Below, piece by piece: positions 46,955 through 56,384 of a stretch of 64,000 nucleotides of DNA. The translations under genes were made by a program, and so were the position numbers. The notes under the pieces are model-generated. The model saw only the letters and a list, made by a program, of their open reading frames with translations, had not been told where the DNA came from and searched no databases. The DNA comes from a virus: the IMG/VR virus record IMGVR_UViG_3300048582_000084, positions 1 through 64,000 of that record. One strand, given 5' to 3'. Position 1 is the first letter of the stretch. Every line of letters begins with the position of its first letter.

Positions 46955-47526
46955 GGGTCCATTCCATAATGGCGGCAAAGAGCGCCGTAAACCTTGATAG
47001 TTGCGCGCACGTCCACAAGAGCGTCGTGTGCGCCATCGAAGTCTTCCTGAAAGAAGAACTTGTGGCACTCGGACAGGCTAGGGAACTTGTAAGCGTCGTT
47101 CACGTATGGGTTTCGATTTGGTAGTTTCAATACGGGCTTTGCAGCGCGCATGGTACAGAGCGGAGGTTTACCTTCGAAAGGTTTTGCCTCGCTCTTGATC
47201 CGCGCCAGGGCGTTCTCGATAACCGGGACGTCGTACTCGGCGTTGTGGATGACAAACTTTGTTGCAACGCCCGTGAGAGCGAGGAACACAGACATCACGT
47301 CAGGGAGAGCCAGACCTTCGGCTTCGGCCTTGGCGTGGCTGATTCCGTGAATTGCGGCAACCTCGTCCGAAATAGTCCAGTACGTCGGGTAAACGATGTT
47401 GTTGAGAGCGACGATTTCGTTGAGGTCGTCGTCTGTTAGGACAGCAGCCAACTGCACGATATCAGGCAGCGGCTGGCGGGGTTTGATCTTACCCGTTGTT
47501 TCTGTGTCGAAAAAGAGAATAGGCAT
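46951..47526 (-). CDS. DEDDh 3'-5' exonuclease
   Basis: FDTETTG, HN..YD, AHDALVD. Confidence 0.92.
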   Translation of the reverse strand: MPILFFDTETTGKIKPRQPLPDIVQLAAVLTDDDLNEIVALNNIVYPTYWTISDEVAAIHGISHAKAEAEGLALPDVMSVFLALTGVATKFVIHNAEYDVPVIENALARIKSEAKPFEGKPPLCTMRAAKPVLKLPNRNPYVNDAYKFPSLSECHKFFFQEDFDGAHDALVDVRATIKVYGALCRHYGMDP

Positions 47527-47532
47527 CTCGGC

Positions 47533-47658
47533 CTACTTCTTCTTTAGGAGGAAGGCGAGGAGAATAATCCCCCCGCCCGCCACCAGAGCTACAGACGCAA
47601 GCTGCAACACGAAGATCACCCCCAGGACCGCGAGCGCGGCTTCTGGGATTTGGGTCAT
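47533..47658 (-). CDS. Small membrane peptide
   Basis: ATGA overlap; hydrophobic helix with a KKK end. Confidence 0.45.
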   Translation of the reverse strand: MTQIPEAALAVLGVIFVLQLASVALVAGGGIILLAFLLKKK

Positions 47659-47912
47659 GCCTTTACCGTGGATGCCTTGAAGAAGCCGCCCACGAAGCCG
47701 AGCATAGCGCCGAGTTGCCACATTTCCAGCTTCTGCATTCCGAGCGCGTTCAGGAATTCCCGAGACGTCTCGTCGAAGAAGAATCCGATCACCGCGCCCG
47801 CGAACGCGCCGAAGAGCGGCATGATCAGCGGGAGTAGCACTGCCGCGACAGCGACGCCTAGGGCGCTAAGTACAAATATCATAAATTTTTCCATGTAGTT
47901 TGCTTTCTTCAT
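47655..47912 (-). CDS. Membrane hypothetical protein
   Basis: Hydrophobic; WQLGAMLGFVGGFF. Confidence 0.65.
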   Translation of the reverse strand: MKKANYMEKFMIFVLSALGVAVAAVLLPLIMPLFGAFAGAVIGFFFDETSREFLNALGMQKLEMWQLGAMLGFVGGFFKASTVKA

Positions 47913-47916
47913 TGTT

Positions 47917-50028
47917 TCAGTGGCAATCAGCCCAGTTCAGGCCGACCTTGAATTCACAATCAAGAGGACAAAGGAATTCGAAATGCTTCTCGACTTCCTT
48001 GATTGCCTCTTTAACTGCTGTTCCGATTCGGCGGATTTCCGGCGACTTCCCCCAGAACCAGTCCTGAAGATGCTTGGCCTTGTGCGCCTTGATCTTCTTT
48101 TCATCTTCCCAGGTCGAGTAGTCGGTATCGTTCTTATATTCACACAACATGTTGTATGTCGATTCCGCGCGCACCGCTATTTGTAGCTCGTCGTGGAAAT
48201 AGCCAAGGATCGCGAAGTCGCCGTCCCAGCCGTGTTTCCATCCCGTGCCGAGAAGCTTCTCCTCCAAAAGAACGGACCACTTCTTAGCCACCAACGCGCC
48301 TGCCGATTGAAGGGACGTATTGAGGGCCTTGTGTTCACTGCGAACGTGCAGTCGCCCGCCGTCGAGGGCTGGAATCCAGCCGTTTCGGGTGACCTGTTTG
48401 TTGAGGCGTTTGACCACTTCGCCGTATGCAGGAACCGCCTTCATGAAATTCTTCTTGATGCGTCTTCCGGCCTCGGAACCTTGGTCGATGATACTACCTA
48501 GCTTGGCGTCCCCCGCGCCGTATAATAGGGCGTACAGCGTAGTTTTTGCGTTGTCCCGTGTAGGGACGCCGAAAGCTTTCTGGTTCTCGCTGTGAACGTC
48601 GCCCTCGATGACAATGCGGGCGTACTCGCCGCCATCGAATTCGGCCAGGACGTCCGCGAAGCACCTAATCTCGATACCCGACAAGTCGGTTCCGAATTGC
48701 AGCCAGCCCTTAGGAACATGCCACAGCTTCCGCATCTCGACGCCGTAGGGCGACCGCACAGCGGGGCACTGAGACATGTTAGGCTTGGCGTGCGTGACGC
48801 GGCGGGTGACTGCGCCTAGGCCGTTTACGGACCCATGGACCTTGCCGTCTCTGACGAGTTTCAGCCAGCCGTTCTTGCCCTCGGCAAGCTGACCAATACG
48901 CTTCTGAACGAGGAAGTAGTCCGCGAGGTACTTGGCCTCAGGAACCGTCGTGACGAGCTTGTCGTAGAGTTCCTGTTCGGACTCTTCGATGCCGTCTTCG
49001 TCTTCGTCCAGCTCGCCCACAAGGTCGCGTAGAACGTCCTCGCTGACTTTGGGCTTGCCGGTGTCGGTGAACTGTTTCGGCTTCCAACCGTAGCCCCGTT
49101 GCAGGCGGTCAGCGATTTGATCGCGGCTGCCTGGATTGAATTCTTCCAGCTTGACAGGACAGAAGGGTGCGCCCGCTGTGCGTGAGGCCTTCAGCGGGTC
49201 CTTGTAGTTGAGCGTTTTCTGTGGGGTGATGGTACTAGCTTCACGCCACGCCATAGGGCGGTCTCGATTGTCCTTCTCCCACTTTTCAGCCTTCCACCAG
49301 GGGCGGAACTGAGAAAGTAGGAAGCCTTCGATCTGTGCTTTCTCTTCGCTGAGTCGGGCGTAGAGCGCCTTCGCCTCTTCCTCGTTGAAGGGGAAGCCGT
49401 TGTGTTCGATCTTCGTCAGAAGATTGGCGAACTGATGCTCCAGCCGAATTGCTTCCTGGCTGTAGTTCATTCGTGCAATCTGGCGTTCGACATACCGCCA
49501 CAGCTCGACGTTCACGACGACGTCCTGGCGGGCGTAGGTCTCCATCTCAGGAGTCCAAACCGCCCAGTCCTCGATGCCGCCTTCTCCGAATTCGGCCTTG
49601 TGTACGCCGATGCGGTAGCCCCAAGCCTTGAGCGAGTGCATGCCGATCAGTTTGCCGGGGAGCGAACCCTTCCGGAACTTGACGAAGTCGTCGTCCTTGA
49701 TGTCGGAGAACAGTAGCCGCGTCAGGATCAATGTGTCGCGGATTAGTCCGGACACTTCAAACCAAGGGTACAAGTCCTCAAGCGTGGGGATATCATAGCC
49801 GATCAAATTGTGCCCTACCAACAGATCAGCACTCATTAGCAAGCGAAGGCCGTCTTCGATCCAACCGTCGCATGGGGCTACTTCGGCGGCTCGGTGTAAT
49901 TGAACGTCTGCCCTATTTCGAAAGACCATCTCTTTATCTGAGTCAATGTCACGGACGATAAGGAGGTGAACCTTGGTAACACTTCTCCGCAGCCCGTCCG
50001 CTTCAATATCCCATGTTAGGCGCTTCAT
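47917..50028 (-). CDS. polA: DNA polymerase family A, T7-like
   Basis: DIEADG exo I, HN...YD, FNPGSRDQI, DLSGIEIR, RDNAKTTLYALLYG, HDELQ. Confidence 0.97.
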   Translation of the reverse strand: MKRLTWDIEADGLRRSVTKVHLLIVRDIDSDKEMVFRNRADVQLHRAAEVAPCDGWIEDGLRLLMSADLLVGHNLIGYDIPTLEDLYPWFEVSGLIRDTLILTRLLFSDIKDDDFVKFRKGSLPGKLIGMHSLKAWGYRIGVHKAEFGEGGIEDWAVWTPEMETYARQDVVVNVELWRYVERQIARMNYSQEAIRLEHQFANLLTKIEHNGFPFNEEEAKALYARLSEEKAQIEGFLLSQFRPWWKAEKWEKDNRDRPMAWREASTITPQKTLNYKDPLKASRTAGAPFCPVKLEEFNPGSRDQIADRLQRGYGWKPKQFTDTGKPKVSEDVLRDLVGELDEDEDGIEESEQELYDKLVTTVPEAKYLADYFLVQKRIGQLAEGKNGWLKLVRDGKVHGSVNGLGAVTRRVTHAKPNMSQCPAVRSPYGVEMRKLWHVPKGWLQFGTDLSGIEIRCFADVLAEFDGGEYARIVIEGDVHSENQKAFGVPTRDNAKTTLYALLYGAGDAKLGSIIDQGSEAGRRIKKNFMKAVPAYGEVVKRLNKQVTRNGWIPALDGGRLHVRSEHKALNTSLQSAGALVAKKWSVLLEEKLLGTGWKHGWDGDFAILGYFHDELQIAVRAESTYNMLCEYKNDTDYSTWEDEKKIKAHKAKHLQDWFWGKSPEIRRIGTAVKEAIKEVEKHFEFLCPLDCEFKVGLNWADCH

Positions 50029-50030
50029 TT

Positions 50031-50582
50031 TTACTTATTAACCCCAGTGTATTTGGCGAATGCTCCGTGATGCGTGATTGCCGCTTCTGCGTATGCTGCG
50101 GCAGCCTCTTCGGCACTATCGAAATGGCCTAGGAAGCGCTGTTTACCGCCGTGATATATGCAGGCTCGCCATTTGTCCCGTTCAGCGCGAAAAGTTACAC
50201 CCTTAATTCCGCTCTTCGAATCTTTGTGATGGCGCCTATTATGTATGTTCTGAGTCCGTGAGGCTTCGCGCAGATTAGACGGCCTGTTGTTGGTGGGATT
50301 GCCGTCGATATGGTCGATTTCATCCGCTGGCCATCTGCCGTTCTCAAGAGCGAAAACTATTCGGTGTGCAAGGTGGTGGACGCCGCTTATACTAACGATG
50401 ACGAACCCGTGTGTTTTATCTTTGTGCCCCGCTACTTGTCCCGCGAAGCGTGTATTCCATGTCTTTACGTGCCTACTATGTCCCGACCTTATTTTCCAAA
50501 TCAGAGTCCCAGTTGTTTTATCTAGGTCCAGCCTCGTTCTTATGTAGGCGATAGCTTGTGGTGTTTCGTCTTTCTTTGGCAT
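50031..50582 (-). CDS. HNH endonuclease with AP2-like domain
   Basis: AHR, IDHIDG...NNR.SNLR, SGIKGV, LG.F...EEAA. Confidence 0.9.
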   Translation of the reverse strand: MPKKDETPQAIAYIRTRLDLDKTTGTLIWKIRSGHSRHVKTWNTRFAGQVAGHKDKTHGFVIVSISGVHHLAHRIVFALENGRWPADEIDHIDGNPTNNRPSNLREASRTQNIHNRRHHKDSKSGIKGVTFRAERDKWRACIYHGGKQRFLGHFDSAEEAAAAYAEAAITHHGAFAKYTGVNK

Positions 50583-50612
50583 TAAAAGGAGACCCAAAGG
50601 TCTCCTTTATAG

Positions 50613-51134
50613 TCACTGCGCCGCAGAGGGAACGACGGACACGATGACCGGCTCAACGCGCAGACGAATCGGCTGAGTCGAGTAGAAGTAAGCACCAGAC
50701 CACTGCCGATACTCACCGTTGGTGTTCCAGTAGTAGATGTACGGGTTAGACGAGCCGTAAGTCCCCTCGTCAGAGGGCGCCTGCCGGGTCACGTACTGCG
50801 TACCGTTACCGGTACTGTGGCCGGTCACCCGATCTGGCTGAGTCAGGCGCTTGCTACCCGACGTCACCTTGCCACGGACGCCCTCGTACATGATGGGAGC
50901 GCCAGCCTCATTGAAGAGGACGATGAAGCCGAGCAGGTTCGGATTGGCTGTCAGTTCCAGCCGCCTGCGGACGTTGTCGATTTCCGCATTGTCGGTGAAG
51001 GAGATTGAGTTGGCAGCCTGTTGCGCCGCCTGCGCCTGCCGGTCGCGCGCGGTCGGTGCTGGGGCCTCCGGAACGCACGCCGAGAGGGCGAACATCAGCG
51101 GAGCGGCGAGCAGTAGAACGATGAGCTTCTTCAT
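50613..51134 (-). CDS. Lipoprotein
   Basis: MKK plus hydrophobic stretch and LSAC lipobox; DEGTYGSS. Confidence 0.75.
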   Translation of the reverse strand: MKKLIVLLLAAPLMFALSACVPEAPAPTARDRQAQAAQQAANSISFTDNAEIDNVRRRLELTANPNLLGFIVLFNEAGAPIMYEGVRGKVTSGSKRLTQPDRVTGHSTGNGTQYVTRQAPSDEGTYGSSNPYIYYWNTNGEYRQWSGAYFYSTQPIRLRVEPVIVSVVPSAAQ

Positions 51135-51140
51135 GGGGGC

Positions 51141-51539
51141 TTACTCACAGAGTTGGGCGTCGAGTTCGACCGGGGCGGTTTGCCCCCGGAAGATCGCGCG
51201 GTTGGTCATGGTGGAACGAGCGTTGTAGGTCTGCGCCAGATCGCGACAGGCCTGTTGAACGGCAGCCATCTCGATACGGAGACGGCGCTTCTCAGCGTCG
51301 TTGGTCTCACTGCTTAGGAAGCCCTTGAATTGGGCGACCTGACGCGTGCGGGTCTGGAACGTGCCGTTCGCTTGGTGGAACCATTCGTAGTTGGTGATGA
51401 TGTTGTCGGTCTCCAGCGTGCGCTGAATGACTCGACCGGGCGCCGTAGCGACGGATGAGAACGTCCCCGCCATGTTGAGCGCGATAACCAGGGCGACCAG
51501 GGCGAGAATCCCACCCAGTGCCCATCCGATGATCTTCAT
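51141..51539 (-). CDS. Membrane-anchored hypothetical protein
   Basis: N-terminal TM; NYEWF, YNA. Confidence 0.7.
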   Translation of the reverse strand: MKIIGWALGGILALVALVIALNMAGTFSSVATAPGRVIQRTLETDNIITNYEWFHQANGTFQTRTRQVAQFKGFLSSETNDAEKRRLRIEMAAVQQACRDLAQTYNARSTMTNRAIFRGQTAPVELDAQLCE

Positions 51540-51596
51540 TAAGTATTCAATCTCCGTAGTTGAGTTGTTGACGAAAAGGAACCGCCTAAGCGGTTC

Positions 51597-51821
51597 CTAA
51601 TCCCGCTTCGCCCGAATGATCGTGAAGTTGAGTCGAGACAGGTTGATGTTGCCGTCCAGCCAGACTACCAGCCCGGCGATCCATACAATCACCAGCACGC
51701 CGAGCAAGGTGGAGAGCTTAATATCCATCCCGTCAGAGAGCATGCGGCGGATCGTGGCTACGACACCGAAGACCCACATGCAGAGAATCAAGATCAAGAC
51801 TAAAGTGCCAAGGATGGTCAT
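51597..51821 (-). CDS. Two-TM hypothetical protein
   Basis: AAGGA RBS; two hydrophobic helices. Confidence 0.6.
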   Translation of the reverse strand: MTILGTLVLILILCMWVFGVVATIRRMLSDGMDIKLSTLLGVLVIVWIAGLVVWLDGNINLSRLNFTIIRAKRD

Positions 51822-51876
51822 TTCTTTTCCTTATTTTGTGTGTGTGAAAAGGAACCGCTTTCGCGATTCCTAATCA

Positions 51877-53271
51877 TTACATACGGTTCGACCGCGCGCG
51901 GATATCCGCGAACGTCTGGTCATTGAGTGCGGTGCCGTTCCCGAACACCGGGTCCAGTACGTCATCCAAGTCTAGGATATCGCCCCCAAACTTATCGACA
52001 GTTGTGTACTCGCCGGTCCACCTGTCGCGGACGAGCGCTAGTCTGCCCGTCTTCGACCGCTTGCCGGGGTCTGTGACCGGGTCCTTCTGCACGTCGCGCC
52101 ATTGTCCGTTCGCACGGATGGCGCTGCACTTCATCGCGAACTTCTGCGTGTCACGGTTGATGCCCTGTAGAAGAGCGCCACCCATGCCGAACGCGATGTT
52201 GTCGGCAGAGAATCCAGTCTTGGTCAGCTCTTGTAGAATCGAGGTAATCGAATCCGCATTGATGCCGTCGCCCTGGATGACACGGACGTTGTTCAGGACG
52301 TGGTAGCCCTTACTGTTCGTTGTGTACCCAAACTTCGACGCGAGACGCGCCACCGCCACGACGGGTGTCAGCACGGGATCGCCGCTGTCAGGCCGGATCA
52401 CGACCGTGGCGCCGCTATTGACGACGTCCTCGCGGAGCTTGTCGCCCCAGAGATTGTCGATAGCGTTCCAGAGGTCGTAGGAGTCGCTCACCACAGCGAC
52501 GAGGCTTCCAGGCTTGGCGAACTTCCAGAGCATGTTTCTGTACGCATGCTCTTCGTTACTCCTACCCCACGAAGTGATCGTGGAGTGTTCCGAAGCAGGG
52601 ATCGAGAACCCCGCCATGCCAGCCTTGTAGAAGCGGTTGGCAGCGAGAACACCCTCGACGGTGTCGGAGCCCATGAAGTTGACGAGGTGAGCAGCACCAC
52701 CAATGGCCGCGCTCTCTGCACTCGACACACCCCTCGCGCCGAAGTCGTGAAGCTTGAACGGGAGCTGTCCCTCAGGATCGTCCGACGTCTCTGTTAGTGT
52801 CTTCCGGATGATCTGCTTGATATGCCAGGACTGCGTCGCGACCGTCGTCGGATACCAGACCGCTCGCAGGAGCGCCGTCTCAAGATACGACGTCAGCCAG
52901 AAGCACTTCGGGTCCGTGTTAACGACGGTCGCCAGCACGTTCTTCGTCGGGACCACCAAGCCTTCCGGCACCGCGCGAATCAGCACGGGCAGGAATCCGT
53001 CGTGGGCCTTGACGATGTAGTCCCAACCTTCGCGGTTGAACGGAAGACCATGCGCCTGGAAAAAGGTTTCGGCTTCGTCCACGTCCTTGGCGGAAATGGG
53101 CTTCAGCAGGTATCGCTTGATGAACATCTGAAGACCGAAGAACAGGGTACGGTCGTGGGCGCCGCCGCGAGACTCGATATACGAGTAGACGTACTCGGTG
53201 CCGGGCGGGTACTGGACGAAGTGGGAGGACTTATAAGAGTCCACCATCAGAAGAATGTTGTCGTTGTACAT
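51877..53271 (-). CDS. nadV: Nicotinamide phosphoribosyltransferase
   Basis: DSYK.SH..QYP, HDFGARG, PASEHS, VSDSYD, RPDSGDP, IQGDG, FGMGG.LLQ. Confidence 0.97.
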   Translation of the reverse strand: MYNDNILLMVDSYKSSHFVQYPPGTEYVYSYIESRGGAHDRTLFFGLQMFIKRYLLKPISAKDVDEAETFFQAHGLPFNREGWDYIVKAHDGFLPVLIRAVPEGLVVPTKNVLATVVNTDPKCFWLTSYLETALLRAVWYPTTVATQSWHIKQIIRKTLTETSDDPEGQLPFKLHDFGARGVSSAESAAIGGAAHLVNFMGSDTVEGVLAANRFYKAGMAGFSIPASEHSTITSWGRSNEEHAYRNMLWKFAKPGSLVAVVSDSYDLWNAIDNLWGDKLREDVVNSGATVVIRPDSGDPVLTPVVAVARLASKFGYTTNSKGYHVLNNVRVIQGDGINADSITSILQELTKTGFSADNIAFGMGGALLQGINRDTQKFAMKCSAIRANGQWRDVQKDPVTDPGKRSKTGRLALVRDRWTGEYTTVDKFGGDILDLDDVLDPVFGNGTALNDQTFADIRARSNRM

Positions 53272-53274
53272 TGT

Positions 53275-53322
53275 GGATAAGAACTCCTCTATCCGGTTAT
53301 GAGTCCCGTCTTTCGAGGACCC
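53275..53322 (-). promoter_or_regulatory. nadV structured leader (GAAAGAC-loop hairpin plus SD-enclosing hairpin)
   Basis: Same architecture as the 55161-55210 leader. Confidence 0.6.
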
Positions 53323-53374
53323 AAAAAACAGCGGAAGAGTACTTCGATACCATAAATTATGTTACAATAATTGT

Positions 53375-54157
53375 ATGATTACAAAATACGGATTTATCTA
53401 CATCACTACTAATACGGCTAATGGTAAGCAGTACATAGGCAAGCGTTCGTACATGAAAAACGGGTGGGAGCGTTATCTCGGCTCAGGGAAGCTTCTGCTT
53501 CGGGCAATTCGAAAGTACGGGAGGACGTCATTCAGCCGGGAAATTATCTACGAGTCCTTCTCCAAAGAAGACTTAGATGCCGCCGAAAGGTCGGTCATCC
53601 GCAGTCTCAGCGCTGTTGAATCAGAGGCGTTCTATAATCTCTCTCCCGGTGGGAGTGGGACATCGTTTGGGTTTATGGGTAAGAAGCATAGTGCCGATAC
53701 TAGGGCTCGGATGTGCGCTTCAGCCAGGAAGGAAAACTCCAGACGGCAGATTACCGATAAACTTCGGAAGGCCACATCGGAGAATGGTAAAAATTCTATT
53801 GGAAAGCTTATCGCATATCGTAGAAGTATTGGCTATCAGACCGGTGCGGAACACCCAAGGAGTATACCAGTCACCGTCGATGGTGTTCTGTACAACTCAG
53901 TGTCTGCGGCCAAAGAAGCAGGGTATCGCTACAAAGACATCAAAGCACTTATCGCGGGGGAAGTTAGCGAGATCGACACTAGTACAAAAGGGCGCGGCCC
54001 AGCGAAGGCAGCGCACCTATTTGGCGTACATTATCAATCAATAGCAGCAGCCTGCCGAGCGCTGGGGCTGACGCGCAGAGAAGTTAAGGCTCTCACAGAG
54101 AACGCCACATACACATCAGAATATCTTGGTGGTCCTCAAACATCATCGACCGCTTGA
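53375..54157 (+). CDS. GIY-YIG (Seg-like) homing endonuclease with NUMOD repeats
   Basis: GFIY.TTN..NGK.YIGK, YLGSG, FYNL..GG, GKKHS; opposite strand and AT-rich. Confidence 0.92.
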   Translation: MITKYGFIYITTNTANGKQYIGKRSYMKNGWERYLGSGKLLLRAIRKYGRTSFSREIIYESFSKEDLDAAERSVIRSLSAVESEAFYNLSPGGSGTSFGFMGKKHSADTRARMCASARKENSRRQITDKLRKATSENGKNSIGKLIAYRRSIGYQTGAEHPRSIPVTVDGVLYNSVSAAKEAGYRYKDIKALIAGEVSEIDTSTKGRGPAKAAHLFGVHYQSIAAACRALGLTRREVKALTENATYTSEYLGGPQTSSTA

Positions 54158-55160
54158 CGTGGTTGATGTGCCACCACTGCGCCTTACTTGCGTCGCTGGA
54201 CGCCTTGACCGCTGGCAGTCCATCGCCGTGCGGCGGTAGGTGGATCAGCGAGGCATGTGTGATCGTGCGACCGCGTAGCGACCGACCTGGGTCATCGAAG
54301 ACTTTGGTGGTTACGACGTTTCCGCGAAGTACGGCTTCGGGAACCTTGAGACGCGTCTCTTCGCGAAGCTCGCGGATCGTCGCATCGAGGATGCGCTCGC
54401 CTTGGTCTAGGAAGCCCCCAGGAAGCGCCCAGAGACCCCTGCCCGGCTCAGCCCGGCGCTCGACCAGTAGGATGTGACTGGACTGCACCACGACCGCGTC
54501 CACCGTCACGAAGGTTGGTGGGTATGGGGCGGATGCCCAAGACGCTCGGTACTTATCGATGAAGGCCTTCTCGGCTTCAAGCTGCTCCCGTGCCGGTGTC
54601 CAGTAGAAGCTGCCATCAGCTTCAACGTCCGTGCTGAGGAACTTCTGGACGCCTACCGGGAGGTAGTCCCACAGCCCCGCGCTGTTCCATTTGGACGAGA
54701 AGTAGGCGTTGCGGAAATCAGTCGCGCTGATGGGCTTGCCCTTCTGCGTGTGCTGTCCGGCCTCCACGAACTTCCATTGAGGAAACATTCGCACATGGGA
54801 TGCGCCTGCATCCTTGTCGTGACCGACATGGATGACGGTAGGGAGGTGTTCGGAATCCGCGCTGAGGATGATGTCGTCAACCGCAGCGACTACCGCCGCT
54901 TCCCAGGCACCGTCGTTGTAGACGGAATCCTCAATAGGAACGAAGGTGACGTGCTTGTTTTCGAAATCGGTCAGGCAGGCGCGAATCATGGTCTCGCGCT
55001 CTTCATGCGTAAACGGGTTCTTGACAGTTCGCGGGCCGAAGCTGGACCCGAGAATGACGATAACGTGGGAAGCCAACGATAGCGCCTGAGTTAGGACGTG
55101 AAAGTGGCCAAGATGAAAGGGCTGAAAACGCCCAATGTAAACTGCATAGTCTGCTCGCAT
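54093..55160 (-). CDS. nadM: Bifunctional NMN adenylyltransferase / ADP-ribose Nudix hydrolase
   Basis: IGRFQPFHLGH, SAT..R, TVDAVV, LPGGF.....E......RELREET, RGRTITHA, FEDH. Confidence 0.96.
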   Translation of the reverse strand: MRADYAVYIGRFQPFHLGHFHVLTQALSLASHVIVILGSSFGPRTVKNPFTHEERETMIRACLTDFENKHVTFVPIEDSVYNDGAWEAAVVAAVDDIILSADSEHLPTVIHVGHDKDAGASHVRMFPQWKFVEAGQHTQKGKPISATDFRNAYFSSKWNSAGLWDYLPVGVQKFLSTDVEADGSFYWTPAREQLEAEKAFIDKYRASWASAPYPPTFVTVDAVVVQSSHILLVERRAEPGRGLWALPGGFLDQGERILDATIRELREETRLKVPEAVLRGNVVTTKVFDDPGRSLRGRTITHASLIHLPPHGDGLPAVKASSDASKAQWWHINHVKRSMMFEDHQDILMCMWRSL

Positions 55161-55210
55161 AGCAATACTCCATTGCTTAGTTTGGCGACCGCCCGTCTAT
55201 CGTGACGGTC
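55161..55210 (-). promoter_or_regulatory. nadM structured leader (GATAGAC-loop hairpin plus SD-enclosing hairpin)
   Basis: Same architecture as the 53275-53322 leader. Confidence 0.6.
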
Positions 55211-55237
55211 AAAAGGAGACCGGAAGGTCTCCTTTAT

Positions 55238-56125
55238 TTACCGATACTTACTCAGCAGCCCGTCGATATCTCGGACCAACTGATCTATCGACGGGTCGCG
55301 CTGAACTACGACCGCCATCGAGCCGTAGTAGTTCTCAAGGCAGTCGAGAAGTAAGGCCTTGAGCGCGCGTTCGTTTGCCTGCTCCGGAAGTTTGGATTCG
55401 GCGTACTGCTTCTCCAAAGAATGCTCCTTCTCAGTGAAGTAGCGCTCCAAATCTTCGAACTTCCAGTCACCACGTCGGATCGACTTTAGCTGCTCGCGGT
55501 TGCGTTCGATGTCGAGGTCGCCCTCGACGAGGATTTGCTCGACCTCGTTCAAGAGTCGTACAGTGTGGTAGGCATACTTCAGATCGTAGCCGTGTTCTGC
55601 AATCGACTCTGCGCGGGCTGGATTAAGCGACGCGGTCTTGTCCCTAATCTTGCCCATCTGCCCGTAGGCATAGCCCTTGAACTTCGGCCAGCAGCCTTTA
55701 TGCAAGAACTCGCGGCGGCGTTCACGGACCATCTCCGCAACCGGTGTCGTGTGAAGGACACAGCGGCGTGGCGTGAACAGGCTGTTTAGCATGTTCGGAT
55801 TATTGTCCATGCAAAGCTGAAAGTACTTTACGATGGAGAAGACCGCGAAGTCGTAGGTCTGGTCCTTGCCGTCCGGATTCTTGATGTGGTGATGTTGCCA
55901 CTGTTCGAATCGCTTGGGCTGTTCTCCGAAGCCTGGAATGACGCCCTGTAGGTGGGGGAAGATGTCCTCCTTGGGAGGAACGCAGAATCCGTAGATATCC
56001 ATGTCGGACGTGTCGGCCGAGACGCCGTAAGCGTTGCTGCCCATCATCGTCAGGTATGCTGTCTGGCCTGGGAGCCACTTCGGTGGGTGGGCGGCTCCAG
56101 CAGCCACCAGTTTGTCGAGGATCAT
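55238..56125 (-). CDS. Pol-beta superfamily nucleotidyltransferase (RlaP-like)
   Basis: GS.AYG.....SD.D, NPN, GYD.K..H..RL. Confidence 0.88.
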   Translation of the reverse strand: MILDKLVAAGAAHPPKWLPGQTAYLTMMGSNAYGVSADTSDMDIYGFCVPPKEDIFPHLQGVIPGFGEQPKRFEQWQHHHIKNPDGKDQTYDFAVFSIVKYFQLCMDNNPNMLNSLFTPRRCVLHTTPVAEMVRERRREFLHKGCWPKFKGYAYGQMGKIRDKTASLNPARAESIAEHGYDLKYAYHTVRLLNEVEQILVEGDLDIERNREQLKSIRRGDWKFEDLERYFTEKEHSLEKQYAESKLPEQANERALKALLLDCLENYYGSMAVVVQRDPSIDQLVRDIDGLLSKYR

Positions 56126-56186
56126 TTTCTTTAGCCCTGTTGTGCAAAAAAGAGGGCAACCCAAACTGGATTGCCCTCTCAACCCG

Positions 56187-56384
56187 TCACAACCGGTCGC
56201 GGATAGCGCGCAGTAGCCTCGCCAACACGCGAGAGTCGATGATCGTCTTGTAGTCGTTGTGCTTGTGCGCCGTACTCACCAGATCGTCGTAGTGACCGGC
56301 TTTGACCGCCTGGATGAGGCGAGTCTCTTCCCAGCGGCGTGTCTCTTCTTCTGCGGCTTCGCGCTGGTCGTCGTAGTGCCCCAT
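56187..56384 (-). CDS. Hypothetical protein
   Basis: TGATG coupling; GHYDD occurs twice. Confidence 0.55.
   Translation of the reverse strand: MGHYDDQREAAEEETRRWEETRLIQAVKAGHYDDLVSTAHKHNDYKTIIDSRVLARLLRAIRDRL

Noticed and set aside
32328-50028. Introns or inteins in nrdJ or polA
   Set aside because: Both ORFs are continuous, of normal length, with no intein terminal motifs
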